From assembly GCA_964550085.1 (NCBI GenBank), contig CAZJXR010000001.1, positions 13,027-77,026 of the forward strand: 64,000 nt of DNA, in the 5' to 3' direction. This document shows, piece by piece, positions 39,202 through 48,164 of the stretch. Both the position numbers and the translations under genes were made by a program. Under the pieces are notes generated by a model. It was not told where the DNA came from, ran no database searches, and worked only from the letters and a program-made list of their open reading frames with translations. Numbering within the stretch: position 1 is the first letter of the stretch; the number at the start of each line of letters is the position of its first letter. This stretch comes from an uncultured Gemmatimonadota bacterium. GTDB lineage: Bacteria; Gemmatimonadota; Gemmatimonadetes; Palauibacterales; Palauibacteraceae.

Positions 39202-39406
39202 CCTCGAACACCTCTTCATGCGTGCAGTGGCGTCCGGTGCTTTTTTTGGAGTAGACGAGGCGACCGTCGGCCAGCACCTCGAACACACCTCCGCCCGAGG
39301 CGATCAACTCGACCTCGGTGTCGTATCGGTCTTTCAGCGCTGCCGCCAGACTGGCGGCTTTGGGCTGGTAGTTTCAGACGCTGCAGTATTCGATGCTGAT
39401 GCGCAC
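39182..39406 (-). CDS. selW: SelW-like (Rdx family) selenoprotein with in-frame UGA (Sec) at codon 11
   Basis: Reverse-strand GTG 39406 after a GGAGAAGG RBS. Translation MRISIEYCSV-U-NYQPKAASLAAALKDRYDTEVELIASGGGVFEVLADGRLVYSKKSTGRHCTHEEVFEAIDADG* gives the CxxU motif plus the GSGGxFEV..DG.L..SK..GRF core of bacterial SelW. TGA is at 39376..39374. Missed by the ORF track. Confidence 0.75.
39336..39373 (-). other. Putative bacterial SECIS-like hairpin downstream of the SelW UGA
   Basis: mRNA ...UGA AACUACCAGCCCAAA GCCGCC AGUCU GGCGGC AGCGCUG. Perfect 6-7 bp GC stem with a small U/G-containing loop about 15-21 nt 3' of UGA, flanked by CAGC/GCUG pairing. Confidence 0.45.
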
Positions 39407-39450
39407 TCGCCTTCTCCCTGGAGTTAGAGTCGATCGGTCCGACGCCGGCC

Positions 39451-40695
39451 GTGGCTGCGTTGCGACGAGCCGCGCCGTATCTGTCCGCGCTCACCGGCCG
39501 GCGCACACGGTCTGCGGCCGGCCGGCGCGTGCCCCAACCTGTCCGCCTCGTCGGCCGACAGCAAGAGAGGCCGCGAAGGCTTCGGATGACCGACGCGGGC
39601 CGACGCGCGTCGCCGGCGGCGGAGAAGGAACGTTTGAGTGACGGTGCGATGGTGTTGGAGCGGCTCGAGGAAGAGCTGGAACGTGAGGCCGCCCGGCTGC
39701 CCGACTCCCGGTCTGCCGTCTTCGACCTGCGGCTCGAAACGCGAGGGGGCAAGATCGTGCTGTGCGGATCGACCACCGACCCGGTCAGGACGGAGGAGCT
39801 GGCCGGGCGCCTGCGGGCCGCTGCGCGACCGATGGTGGTGAGAAGCCGAGTCCGCCCCCTGCCGGATCAGTCGCAGCTCGGCGATCGAACGGCGGGGATC
39901 GTGCGGCACGCGTGGGTGCCGGCGCGTCGCGAGCCTCGCCACCAGGCGGAGCTGGTGTCGCAATGGATCTGCGGTGAGCCGCTCGCCCTGCTCGAGGAGC
40001 AGGGCGACTGGCTGCGATGCCGGAGCCCGGATGGCTACATCGCGTGGACGCCCGGCGGCGGAATCATCCGGGTCTCCCCCGCCCGCGCCGACGCCTGGCG
40101 GCGGGTAGCGACGGGATTCGCCCTCGGCGCCCGGTTCGAGCTGCCGGATGGCATGCGTTCGATCCGGCTTCCCTGGGGCGCGCGGGTCGAGCCCGTGGCG
40201 GATGGAAAGGTGCGACTTGCCGACGGCTCGATCGCTCGACCGGAGACGCGGACCGGGTGGACGGCGGTCATGGAGCCGCGGCTCCCCGACCACGGGAGCG
40301 CTGTCGTCGAGTCGGCCCGCAGGTGGCTGGGCGTGCCGTACGTGTGGGGCGGACGCACCGACTGGGGAACTGACTGCTCCGGCTTCGTCCAGGCGCTGTT
40401 CGCGGCACACGGCATCGAGTTACCGCGCGACTCGGACCAGCAGCTCGCGCGGGGCCCACGGGTGAACCCGGAACAAGGGTTCGAGCCGGGTGATCTGGTC
40501 TTCTTCGCCGAGCGCCCGGACCGGGTGAGCCACGTGGCGATGGCGGTCGGAGGCTCGACGATCATCCATGCGGCGGCATCCAACGGAGCGGTCGAGTGCA
40601 ACGACCTGAACGGCGATCGTCCCCTCGAGGGTCGCCTGCGCCGCTGGCTGGCCGGCGCCACGCGCCCCCTGGCTGCGGCCGGGGCCTCCGTCTGA
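39451..40695 (+). CDS. C40 family (NlpC/P60) peptidase with N-terminal SH3b-like domains (YkfC/dipeptidyl-peptidase VI-like)
   Basis: WLGVPYVWGGRTDWGTDCSGFVQALFAAHGIELPRDSDQQ catalytic-Cys signature, with downstream His (SHVAMAV). No signal peptide seen. True start may be an internal ATG (39586). Confidence 0.8.
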   Translation: MAALRRAAPYLSALTGRRTRSAAGRRVPQPVRLVGRQQERPRRLRMTDAGRRASPAAEKERLSDGAMVLERLEEELEREAARLPDSRSAVFDLRLETRGGKIVLCGSTTDPVRTEELAGRLRAAARPMVVRSRVRPLPDQSQLGDRTAGIVRHAWVPARREPRHQAELVSQWICGEPLALLEEQGDWLRCRSPDGYIAWTPGGGIIRVSPARADAWRRVATGFALGARFELPDGMRSIRLPWGARVEPVADGKVRLADGSIARPETRTGWTAVMEPRLPDHGSAVVESARRWLGVPYVWGGRTDWGTDCSGFVQALFAAHGIELPRDSDQQLARGPRVNPEQGFEPGDLVFFAERPDRVSHVAMAVGGSTIIHAAASNGAVECNDLNGDRPLEGRLRRWLAGATRPLAAAGASV

Positions 40696-40742
40696 GCCCG
40701 GACCGGCTTCCTGTCGGCGATCGTCGCCCTGTTGGCGAACCG

Positions 40743-41120
40743 CTAGCCTTCGATCACCACCACGGCCACCGCCCGCCCGCCGTCGTGGCTGAAGCTCACG
40801 TGCACGATGGAACCGCCGCGCTCCCGCATTCTGTCGAGGGCGCGGCCGGAAATCGCCAGCGCCGGCTGGCCGCCATCCCGGATCGTGACCTCGACGTCGC
40901 GCCACACGATGCCGTCCGCCACTCCGGTTCCGAGCGCCTTCACGAACGCTTCCTTGGCGGCGAAGCGACCGGCGTAACAGAAGGCGGGTTCGGCGCGCCC
41001 CTCGCACTCGGCCCGCTCGGCCGGCGTGAATACGCGATCCACGAATCGTCCCGGATGCCGCTCGAGCAGCTCGGCGATCCGCTCCACCTCGACGTAGTCG
41101 ATACCGATCCCCACGATCAT
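40743..41120 (-). CDS. acpS: Holo-[acyl-carrier-protein] synthase
   Basis: MIVGIGIDYVEVERI..., RFAAKEAFVKALG. 125 aa from the internal ATG. Confidence 0.85.
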   Translation of the reverse strand: MIVGIGIDYVEVERIAELLERHPGRFVDRVFTPAERAECEGRAEPAFCYAGRFAAKEAFVKALGTGVADGIVWRDVEVTIRDGGQPALAISGRALDRMRERGGSIVHVSFSHDGGRAVAVVVIEG

Positions 41121-41376
41121 GGCGTCAATGCTAGTCGGCCGCATCGGTCCGCGCCAACCCGACCTCGTGCGCTTGATCCGCCCCTGTAGGACCGGCTCGC
41201 CGGGTCGTCGCACGGCGATCCGCGGCGTCGAGGGGGACAGGTCGGCGTGCCGGTACCATCGACATTGCCGACATGGCTGAAGTCCTCTATCCTGCATGCC
41301 TTCCACGGGGCCGAGGCGCCGGCTCCCAGCAGCGGAACGTCATCCGTCGAGGCCCGGCGAGCCGGATGTGCAACCG

Positions 41377-44300
41377 ATGGAACTCACAGCCAAGGCGAAG
41401 AGACATCTCGATGAGCTGATCGAGAGGCTCGACCACGGGGCCCTCGACGCCCCGGTCGAAGCGATCGGTCTCTTCACACGCAAACTGCTGGCCCGTGCCA
41501 GCACGGAGTTCTTCGAGGCACGCGACGCGCAGACGATCGCGTCCGATGTGCAGGCCCTGTTCGAGTTCGTCGCCGCCACCCCTCCCAGCTCGATAGCAGC
41601 GCGAGTCCGTTTCATTCCGGATCGACCGCACCGTGCGATCGTCGAGACCGTTATGCCGGACTGCCCGTTCATCGTCGACACGCTGCGGGAGTACTTGCAT
41701 TCGATCGGGTTCGGGGTGATTCACCTTCTGCACCCCGTGTTCGTCATCGATCGCGACAGGAAAGGCGGCATTCTCCAGATCCGGGATCGTCGCGCCGAGG
41801 GTCCGAAGACGTCGGTCGTCTATATCGTGATCGACGGTCACGTCGATCACGAGCAGGTCACCCACCTCGAGACGGAGATCCGGGAGCGCCTGCGCCAGGT
41901 CCAGATCGTGACCGCCGATTTCCACGCCATGCTCGAAAAGGCGAACGAGATCGTCGCTGATCTGGAGGTGGAGAAGAAGCGCTTTCCGTGGAGGGCGGCC
42001 GAGTTCGAGGAGATTGCCGATCTCCTGCGTTGGCTGGAGGATGGCTGCTTCGTGTTTCTCGGCTACCGGGCATACAACCTGTTCACCGATCACGCCGGAG
42101 CCCGGGTGATCCAGGTCGAGCCCGGCTCGGGCCTCGGAGTCCTGCGCGACGAGTCGACCTCCAAGTACTTCGAGCCGCAGCCGCTCGACGAGCTGGACGC
42201 CAACCTGCGTGCCCGCATCCTCGGCGGACCGATGCTGATCACCTCCAAGTCGAACGCGGAATCTCCCGTGCACCGGCGGGCACGGATGGACGACATCAGC
42301 ATCAAGAAGCTGGGTCCGAACGGTGAGGTCGAGGGAGAGCGACGGTTCCTCGGCCTGTTCACGGCCAAGGCCGTGTCTCAGGACGCATCCAAGATCCCCA
42401 TTCTGCGCCGCAAGCTGCGCGAGATCCTCGAAGCGGAGGGAGCCTCCGAAGGGTCGCACGACTACGGGCTCATCATTCGCGTCTTCAACAGCATGCCGAA
42501 AGAGGAGGTCTTCTTCGCCACCGTGCCGGAGCTGCTCGGCGAGATCCGGGTGGTCATGGAGACCGAGGGCGTGGACGAGGTTCGGGTGACGGTCCGCCCC
42601 GATCCGCTCGGTCGTGGCGTGTTCGTCATGGTGATCCTGCCAAAGATCCGCTTCTCGGGCGAAGTCAGGCTGAAGATCGAGGAGGCGCTCACGGAGGCGT
42701 ACGAAGGGACGATCCTCGCCGACCATCTGGCGCTGATCAGCGAGGGAGAACAGGCCCGCTTGCACTACTACCTGTCGTCCCAGCTCAAGGACGTGACGTC
42801 GGCCGATGTGTCCGAGCTCGAGGAGCACATCCGGCGAACGGCCCGCAGCTGGGAAGACCGGTTGTCCGAATCGCTCGAGCGCGAGCTCGACGCGGAACGG
42901 GCGCACGAACTGGTCGACCGCCACAAGGGCGACTTTTCCGCCCAGTACCAGGCCACTGTCGATGTCGACTCGGCGGTTCGTGACCTGGTCAATCTCGAGG
43001 CGCTGGAGACGACCGGTATGCAGCAGGTGGTGCTCGAGGAGCTCGACCAGCCTCGGCCGCACGCCGCGCTGCTCAAGATGTACGCTCCGCGGGGCCTGTT
43101 CGTCCTCAGCGACGTGATGCCCACGCTCGAGAACGCGGGCTTTCGGGTCATCGAAGCCGATGCGCTCGAGATCGGACAGACCGGGAGGCCCGGTGCCAGC
43201 ACCATCCACCGTTTCCAGGTGGAGACGCCCGCCGCCTGGAACGTGGACCGGAGGACGGTCGAGGCGCGGGTAGCCGCTGAGCTGACGGCCGTCCAGACGG
43301 GCAGGGCCGACGACGATCCTCTGAATTCTCTCGTCCTCTCGGCCGGGCTCGACTGGGAGCAGGTGGCCGTCCTGCGCGCGTACGCCGGCTACGCCTTCCA
43401 GATCGTCGCCGTAACCAGCCGCAGCGGATCGCGTCGGCCCCTCACCCAGCATCCGGCAACGGCCCGGCTCCTGTACGAGGTGTTCGAGGCGAAGTTCGAT
43501 CCCGCGATCGACGAGTCGGAACGGCGGTCGCTGCTCCGCAAGCGGGTCGGTGAGTACCGCGACTCGCTGGAGGGCGTGCACAGCATCGATGACGATCGCA
43601 CCTGTCGGCGGCTTCTCGCTCTCGTGCGAGCCACGGTGCGCACGAACTTTTTCCAGCGCCGCATGCGGGAGCGTGGAGAGCTGACCGTGGCGCTCAAGTT
43701 CGACTGCTCGCGCCTCGATTTTCTGCCGCGCCCGCGGCCGAAGTTCGAGGTGTACGTGCACAGCTCTCGAACGGAGGGGGCTCATCTGCGCATGGACTCG
43801 ATCGCCCGGGGAGGGATCCGCTGGAGTGATCGGATCGATGAGTTCCGAGTCGAGGTCCTCGGACTGGTCAAGACCCAGCAGGTCAAGAACGCTGTCATCG
43901 TGCCGGCCGGCGCGAAGGGCGCGTTCATCGTGCGCCGCCCGCCCATCGATCGCGACGCGCGGGCCGAGGTGGGACTCAGCAGCTACCGCGAGTTCATTCG
44001 CTCGCTGCTCGACGTGACCGACAACGTGAGCGGCGCCGGCGTCGAGCACCCGCCCGACTCGGTGGTCTGGGACGGCGAGGACCCCTACCTCGTGGTGGCG
44101 GCAGATAAAGGCACGGCGCAGAACTCGGATACGGCCAACGAGCTGGCAAAGGAATACGGGTTCTGGCTCGGCGACGCGTTCGCCTCCGGTGGCTCGCACG
44201 GATACGACCACAAGGCGCTCGGCATCACCGCGCGTGGCGCCTGGGAGTCCGTCACCCGTCACTTCGCCGAGCTGGGGACGGACATTCAGGAAGAGGAATT

Positions 44301-46221
44301 CACCGTCGTCGGGATCGGCGACATGAGTGGCGACGTGTTCGGCAACGGAATGCTGTTGAGTCGGACGATTCGTCTGGTCGCCGCCTTCGATCACCGCCAC
44401 GTGTTCATCGACCCGTCGCCGGATCCCGTCATCAGCTACACGGAACGCCAGCGGCTGTTTTCGCTCCCGCGGTCGAGTTGGGCGGACTACGATCCGAGCC
44501 TGATCAGCGAGGGTGGTGGGGTGTACGAGCGCGGGGCCAAGTCGATCAGCCTCACACCCGAGGCGCGTCAGCTCCTCCGCATCAACGACGAGAACGTGAA
44601 CGGGGAGACGTTGATTCGCGCCATCCTGTGCGCGCCGGTCGACCTGCTGTGGAACGGCGGCATCGGGACCTACGTGCGGGCCAGCACCGAGACCAACGCC
44701 GATGTGGGAGACCCCGGCAACGACGCCGTCCGGGTGGTCGCCACCGACCTGTCGGTCAAGGTGATCGGCGAGGGCGGAAACCTCGGCCTCACCCAGCGGG
44801 CGCGGGTCGAGTACGCCCTCAACGGGGGCCGCCTGAACACGGACGCGCTCGACAACGCTGCCGGCGTCGACATGTCGGACCACGAGGTGAACCTCAAGAT
44901 CTTCGTCGACAGCGCCGTGCAGGCGGGCTCACTCGACGAGGCCGCGCGCAACCACCTGTTGCGCGAGGTGACCGACGATGTGGCAGCGGCAGTGCTGCGT
45001 GACACCTACCTGCAGAGCCTGGCGGTGAGTCTGGATCAACAACGGGCGATCAAGCATGCGACCGAGTTCCGGGACAGTCTCACCACACTGGAGAGGTTGG
45101 GCCAGCTGGATCGCAAGCTCGAGGATCTGCCTACATCCGAGGAGTTGAACGAGCGCCAGGAGGCAGGTTTGGCGCTCACCCGTCCCGAGTTAGCCGTGAT
45201 GCTCGCCTACTCGAAGATGCATCTCAAGCGCGGGATCGCGGATTCGGAGCTCCCGGATGACCCGGCCCTGTTCGCACTCCTGCGCTCCTATTTCCCGGAC
45301 CGGGTGGTCGAAACGGTCGGAGTGGAGCACCTCGGCGGTCACCGACTGCGTCGCCGGATCGTCAGCGCGATGCTGACCAACCTCATGGTGGATCGCATCG
45401 GTGCCACTGGACACCTGCGGGTGGCCCGCGAAAGTGGCCTGCCTGCCGAACAGGTGGCCGGTGCTTGGTATGCGGCTTACAGACTGGGCGACGCGGGGTC
45501 GGTGTACGAGCGCCTGGAGGCCCAGGGCGGCGCCGTCACCGCCGGGCTCCAGCTCCAGTGGTTGTTGAGCGTGGGCGGAACCCTCGAGCGGGCGACCCGC
45601 TGGATTCTGTCCAATGTGGAGGAGGGGTACAGGGTCGAGCGCACCCTGGAGCGCCTTCAGGAACCGATCCGCGAGCTGCGGCGCGAGTTCGGAGGCCTGC
45701 TGACGGAGAAGAGCCGGGCGGAGCTCGAAAACCGGATGGCCCTGCACGAGATGGATGGCCTGGACGCGGAGCTGGCCGCCGATCTCGCCACCTTCGAGTA
45801 CCTCGACGCGCTGCTGCCGGTCGCGCAGCTGGCGACGGAAACGGACATCCCCGCTACCCTCGCCGGCGAGGTCTACTTCGGGCTCACGGATGAGATCGAC
45901 TTTCCGTGGCTCCAGGAGCAGCTGACCCTCGTCCCCCAGGCAGACCACTGGCAGCGTCGGGCGGTGCAGGTGCTGAGCCTGGAGCTGGAGAACGCACGGG
46001 CGCGCATGGCCGGCAGCATCTTGCGGCACATCGGGTCGGCGGAGGAGGTCGAGGGCGCGCGGGCTGACTTCCGGGAGCGTTTCTCGCGAGACTTGAGTCG
46101 AATCCGGCAGGTGCTGGACGAGGTGCGCCAGGCCGACTACGTGTCGCTCGCCTCGTTGATGGTGGCGGTGTCGGCGATCCGGGCCCAGTCGCGGGTGCTG
46201 GCGGAGCGGACCGTTACCTAG
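41377..46221 (+). CDS. gdhB: NAD-specific glutamate dehydrogenase, large (~180 kDa) form
   Basis: ~1614 aa. Catalytic-core motifs (VPAGAKGAFIV, DKGTAQNSDTANELA, GGSHGYDHKALGITARG) match the Bac_GDH family. The long antisense ORF 41287..44883 is a known artefact of this gene family. Confidence 0.85.
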   Translation: MELTAKAKRHLDELIERLDHGALDAPVEAIGLFTRKLLARASTEFFEARDAQTIASDVQALFEFVAATPPSSIAARVRFIPDRPHRAIVETVMPDCPFIVDTLREYLHSIGFGVIHLLHPVFVIDRDRKGGILQIRDRRAEGPKTSVVYIVIDGHVDHEQVTHLETEIRERLRQVQIVTADFHAMLEKANEIVADLEVEKKRFPWRAAEFEEIADLLRWLEDGCFVFLGYRAYNLFTDHAGARVIQVEPGSGLGVLRDESTSKYFEPQPLDELDANLRARILGGPMLITSKSNAESPVHRRARMDDISIKKLGPNGEVEGERRFLGLFTAKAVSQDASKIPILRRKLREILEAEGASEGSHDYGLIIRVFNSMPKEEVFFATVPELLGEIRVVMETEGVDEVRVTVRPDPLGRGVFVMVILPKIRFSGEVRLKIEEALTEAYEGTILADHLALISEGEQARLHYYLSSQLKDVTSADVSELEEHIRRTARSWEDRLSESLERELDAERAHELVDRHKGDFSAQYQATVDVDSAVRDLVNLEALETTGMQQVVLEELDQPRPHAALLKMYAPRGLFVLSDVMPTLENAGFRVIEADALEIGQTGRPGASTIHRFQVETPAAWNVDRRTVEARVAAELTAVQTGRADDDPLNSLVLSAGLDWEQVAVLRAYAGYAFQIVAVTSRSGSRRPLTQHPATARLLYEVFEAKFDPAIDESERRSLLRKRVGEYRDSLEGVHSIDDDRTCRRLLALVRATVRTNFFQRRMRERGELTVALKFDCSRLDFLPRPRPKFEVYVHSSRTEGAHLRMDSIARGGIRWSDRIDEFRVEVLGLVKTQQVKNAVIVPAGAKGAFIVRRPPIDRDARAEVGLSSYREFIRSLLDVTDNVSGAGVEHPPDSVVWDGEDPYLVVAADKGTAQNSDTANELAKEYGFWLGDAFASGGSHGYDHKALGITARGAWESVTRHFAELGTDIQEEEFTVVGIGDMSGDVFGNGMLLSRTIRLVAAFDHRHVFIDPSPDPVISYTERQRLFSLPRSSWADYDPSLISEGGGVYERGAKSISLTPEARQLLRINDENVNGETLIRAILCAPVDLLWNGGIGTYVRASTETNADVGDPGNDAVRVVATDLSVKVIGEGGNLGLTQRARVEYALNGGRLNTDALDNAAGVDMSDHEVNLKIFVDSAVQAGSLDEAARNHLLREVTDDVAAAVLRDTYLQSLAVSLDQQRAIKHATEFRDSLTTLERLGQLDRKLEDLPTSEELNERQEAGLALTRPELAVMLAYSKMHLKRGIADSELPDDPALFALLRSYFPDRVVETVGVEHLGGHRLRRRIVSAMLTNLMVDRIGATGHLRVARESGLPAEQVAGAWYAAYRLGDAGSVYERLEAQGGAVTAGLQLQWLLSVGGTLERATRWILSNVEEGYRVERTLERLQEPIRELRREFGGLLTEKSRAELENRMALHEMDGLDAELAADLATFEYLDALLPVAQLATETDIPATLAGEVYFGLTDEIDFPWLQEQLTLVPQADHWQRRAVQVLSLELENARARMAGSILRHIGSAEEVEGARADFRERFSRDLSRIRQVLDEVRQADYVSLASLMVAVSAIRAQSRVLAERTVT

Positions 46222-46328
46222 CGGGCCCGCCCCTGCATAGGGGAGCACCAGCCCCGGACCCCGAGTGACGCACCGCCGGCGGGTCACGCGGGGGGCAGCC
46301 TCGCACCGGGCGCCGCCGCCCCCGCGTT

Positions 46329-46390
46329 CCGACTCGCGGCACGCAGCCGCTACCGTCCGGACTCGCGGCGCGCAGCCGCGACTCCGCGGC
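46329..46390. terminator. GC-rich imperfect tandem repeats / stem-loops in the convergent gdhB-glnA intergenic region (likely bidirectional terminator)
   Basis: ccgactcgcggcacgcagccgc ... ccggactcgcggcgcgcagccgc, each containing a GCGGC-N5-GCCGC hairpin. No T-run, as usual in high-GC genomes. Confidence 0.35.
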
Positions 46391-47794
46391 TCAGTAGGTG
46401 GGCAGGTAGGTCTCCAGCTCCCACTCGCTCACCTGGGCGATGTAGTCGGTCCACTCCTCCTTTTTCGCCTCGACGTAGTGGGTCAGGATGTGCTCGCCCA
46501 GCGCATCACGCAGCACCTCATCGGCTTCCAGCTCGGCCACCGCCTCGGCGAGGTTGGCCGGCAGCGTTCCCATCTTGTACTTGCGGCGCTCCTCTTCACT
46601 GAGCTTCCACACGTTGGTGTCGACCGGAGGTCCGGGGTCGATCTGTCGGTGCAGCCCATCGAGTCCCGCCGCCAGCTGTACACCCAGAGCCAGGTACGGA
46701 TTGCAAGCGGGATCGGGCATCCGGAACTCGAGCCGGGTGCCGATGCCTCGCCGCTCCGGAACGCGAATGAGAGGAGAGCGATTCCGCCTCGACCACGCGA
46801 TGTTCACCGGCGCCTCGTAACCCGGCACCAGCCGCTTGTAGCTGTTCACGAGCGGGTTGGTCACGGCTGCGATCGCGCGCGCGTGTTCCTTGAGCCCACC
46901 GATATAGTGCCGCATCACGTCCGAGATCTGATATTCGCTCTCCGGATCGAAGAACGCGTTCTTTCCGCCCTTGAACAGCGATTGATGCGTGTGCATCCCC
47001 GAGCCGTTCTGTCCGAAAATCGGTTTGGGCATGAAGGTAGCGTGCAGTCCGTGCGCCAGGGCGGCGTTGCGAACGATGAACCGGAAGGTTGCCAGGTCGT
47101 CGGCCGTGCTGAGCGCGTCCGCGTACTTGAAGTCGATCTCGTGCTGGCCCGGCGCTACCTCGTGATGCGCCGCTTCCACCTCGAACCCCATCGCCTCGAG
47201 ATCCGTCACGATCATCCGACGTGCCTTCTCACCGAGATCGACCGGGGTAAGATCGAAGTAGCCGCCATGGTCGTGGGTGAGCGTCGTCGGCTCTCCCTGG
47301 CCGTTACGCTGGAAGAGGAAGAACTCCGCCTCGACCCCGGCGTTCATGACGTAGCCGAGCTCGGCGGCGGCGGCCGTGACGCGCTTCAGCGCCAGCCGCG
47401 GATCGCCGGCGAAGGGCGTCTCGTCAGGATTGTAGACGTCGCAGATGAGTCGCGCGACGCGGGATTCGGGATTCCCCCACGGAAACACGCGGAAGGTGCG
47501 CAGATCCGGCTTGAGGAGCATGTCGCTCTCCTCGATGCGGACGAACCCTTCGATCGAGGAACCGTCGAACATGATCTCCCCTTCCAGAGCCTTCTGGAAC
47601 TGGCTCGCCGGGACCTCGACGTTCTTGGAGTGTCCGAGGATGTCGGTGAACGTGAGTCGCATGAAACGAACGTTCAGCGCTCGGCACAATTCGAGGATGC
47701 CCGGGACTTCGGGCTCCGCGCCCAGGTGTTGACCGTACTCCGAGAATCGCATCCGGTGCTCCGGTGGTGCCGCGAACAATGCGTCGGGCGACAT
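46391..47794 (-). CDS. glnA: Glutamine synthetase, type I
   Basis: MFDGSSIEG, EAEFFLF, KPIFGQNGSGMHTHQSL and NRSPLIRVP motifs. Confidence 0.9.
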   Translation of the reverse strand: MSPDALFAAPPEHRMRFSEYGQHLGAEPEVPGILELCRALNVRFMRLTFTDILGHSKNVEVPASQFQKALEGEIMFDGSSIEGFVRIEESDMLLKPDLRTFRVFPWGNPESRVARLICDVYNPDETPFAGDPRLALKRVTAAAAELGYVMNAGVEAEFFLFQRNGQGEPTTLTHDHGGYFDLTPVDLGEKARRMIVTDLEAMGFEVEAAHHEVAPGQHEIDFKYADALSTADDLATFRFIVRNAALAHGLHATFMPKPIFGQNGSGMHTHQSLFKGGKNAFFDPESEYQISDVMRHYIGGLKEHARAIAAVTNPLVNSYKRLVPGYEAPVNIAWSRRNRSPLIRVPERRGIGTRLEFRMPDPACNPYLALGVQLAAGLDGLHRQIDPGPPVDTNVWKLSEEERRKYKMGTLPANLAEAVAELEADEVLRDALGEHILTHYVEAKKEEWTDYIAQVSEWELETYLPTY

Positions 47795-47869
47795 CGCACA
47801 TCCCTCCCAGTTCGGTGTGAGTGCCGGCGGCCGCGGGCGCGAGGCCCGACCGCGAGCGACGCGTCAGAC

Positions 47870-48010
47870 TGTCGAGCCGATGCTATGCACGTTTCGTGCG
47901 ACTGTCAACCGATATGTCATAAAGTGGCATATTAGAAAGAGTAATTGCTGCTATTTGTAAGCAATAATGATTATTAATCAAGAATTTTATGATCAATCGA
48001 GCAATATTGC
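47870..48010. promoter_or_regulatory. AT-rich divergent promoter island between glnA and the histidine-kinase gene; sigma70-like glnA promoter TTGACA-N17-TAGCAT on the reverse strand
   Basis: The ~110-bp stretch (tcataaagtggcatattagaaagagtaattgctgctatttgtaagcaataatgattattaatcaagaattttatgatc) is far more AT-rich than the rest of the window. Reverse strand reads TTGACAgtcgcacgaaacgtgcaTAGCAT (-35 at 47903-47908, -10 at 47880-47885). Confidence 0.45.
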
Positions 48011-48164
48011 CTCTCCCTCCGCCTCGTGGTTTCCGAGGGGTTGACGGTGTGCCGCGTCCGCGCGCCCCTCGTCGGCTGTTGCCCCCACGCCTCGCTGAGG
48101 CGCGGGCTGTGACTCACCGCCCGTCGAAGCCGTCCATTTCACGGCACTCACGAACGGGGAGGAT

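Noticed and set aside
39240-39246. Run of seven T's (rare in this GC-rich sequence) as an intrinsic terminator
   Set aside because: No stable GC hairpin immediately precedes it. It encodes Lys-Lys (AAAAAA) on the reverse strand, inside the conserved SKK motif of the SelW-like protein.
39216-39776. 186-aa reverse ORF and 69-aa forward ORF (39218..39427) around 39.2-39.8 kb
   Set aside because: Low-complexity Arg/Ser-rich translations. The region is better explained by the TGA-containing SelW gene (39182..39406, reverse) and the 5' end of the C40 peptidase gene.
41287-44883. 1198-aa ORF antisense to the NAD-GDH gene
   Set aside because: Arg/Pro/Gly-rich with no motifs. Long antisense ORFs are a known artefact of large GC-rich genes in this GDH family, and the sense strand encodes a well-conserved enzyme.
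47870-48010. Sigma54 -24/-12 promoter for glnA within the AT-rich island
   Set aside because: No TGGCAC-N5-TTGC match with correct spacing on either strand there. A good sigma70 -35/-10 is present instead. The convincing sigma54-like element is at 51310, not here.
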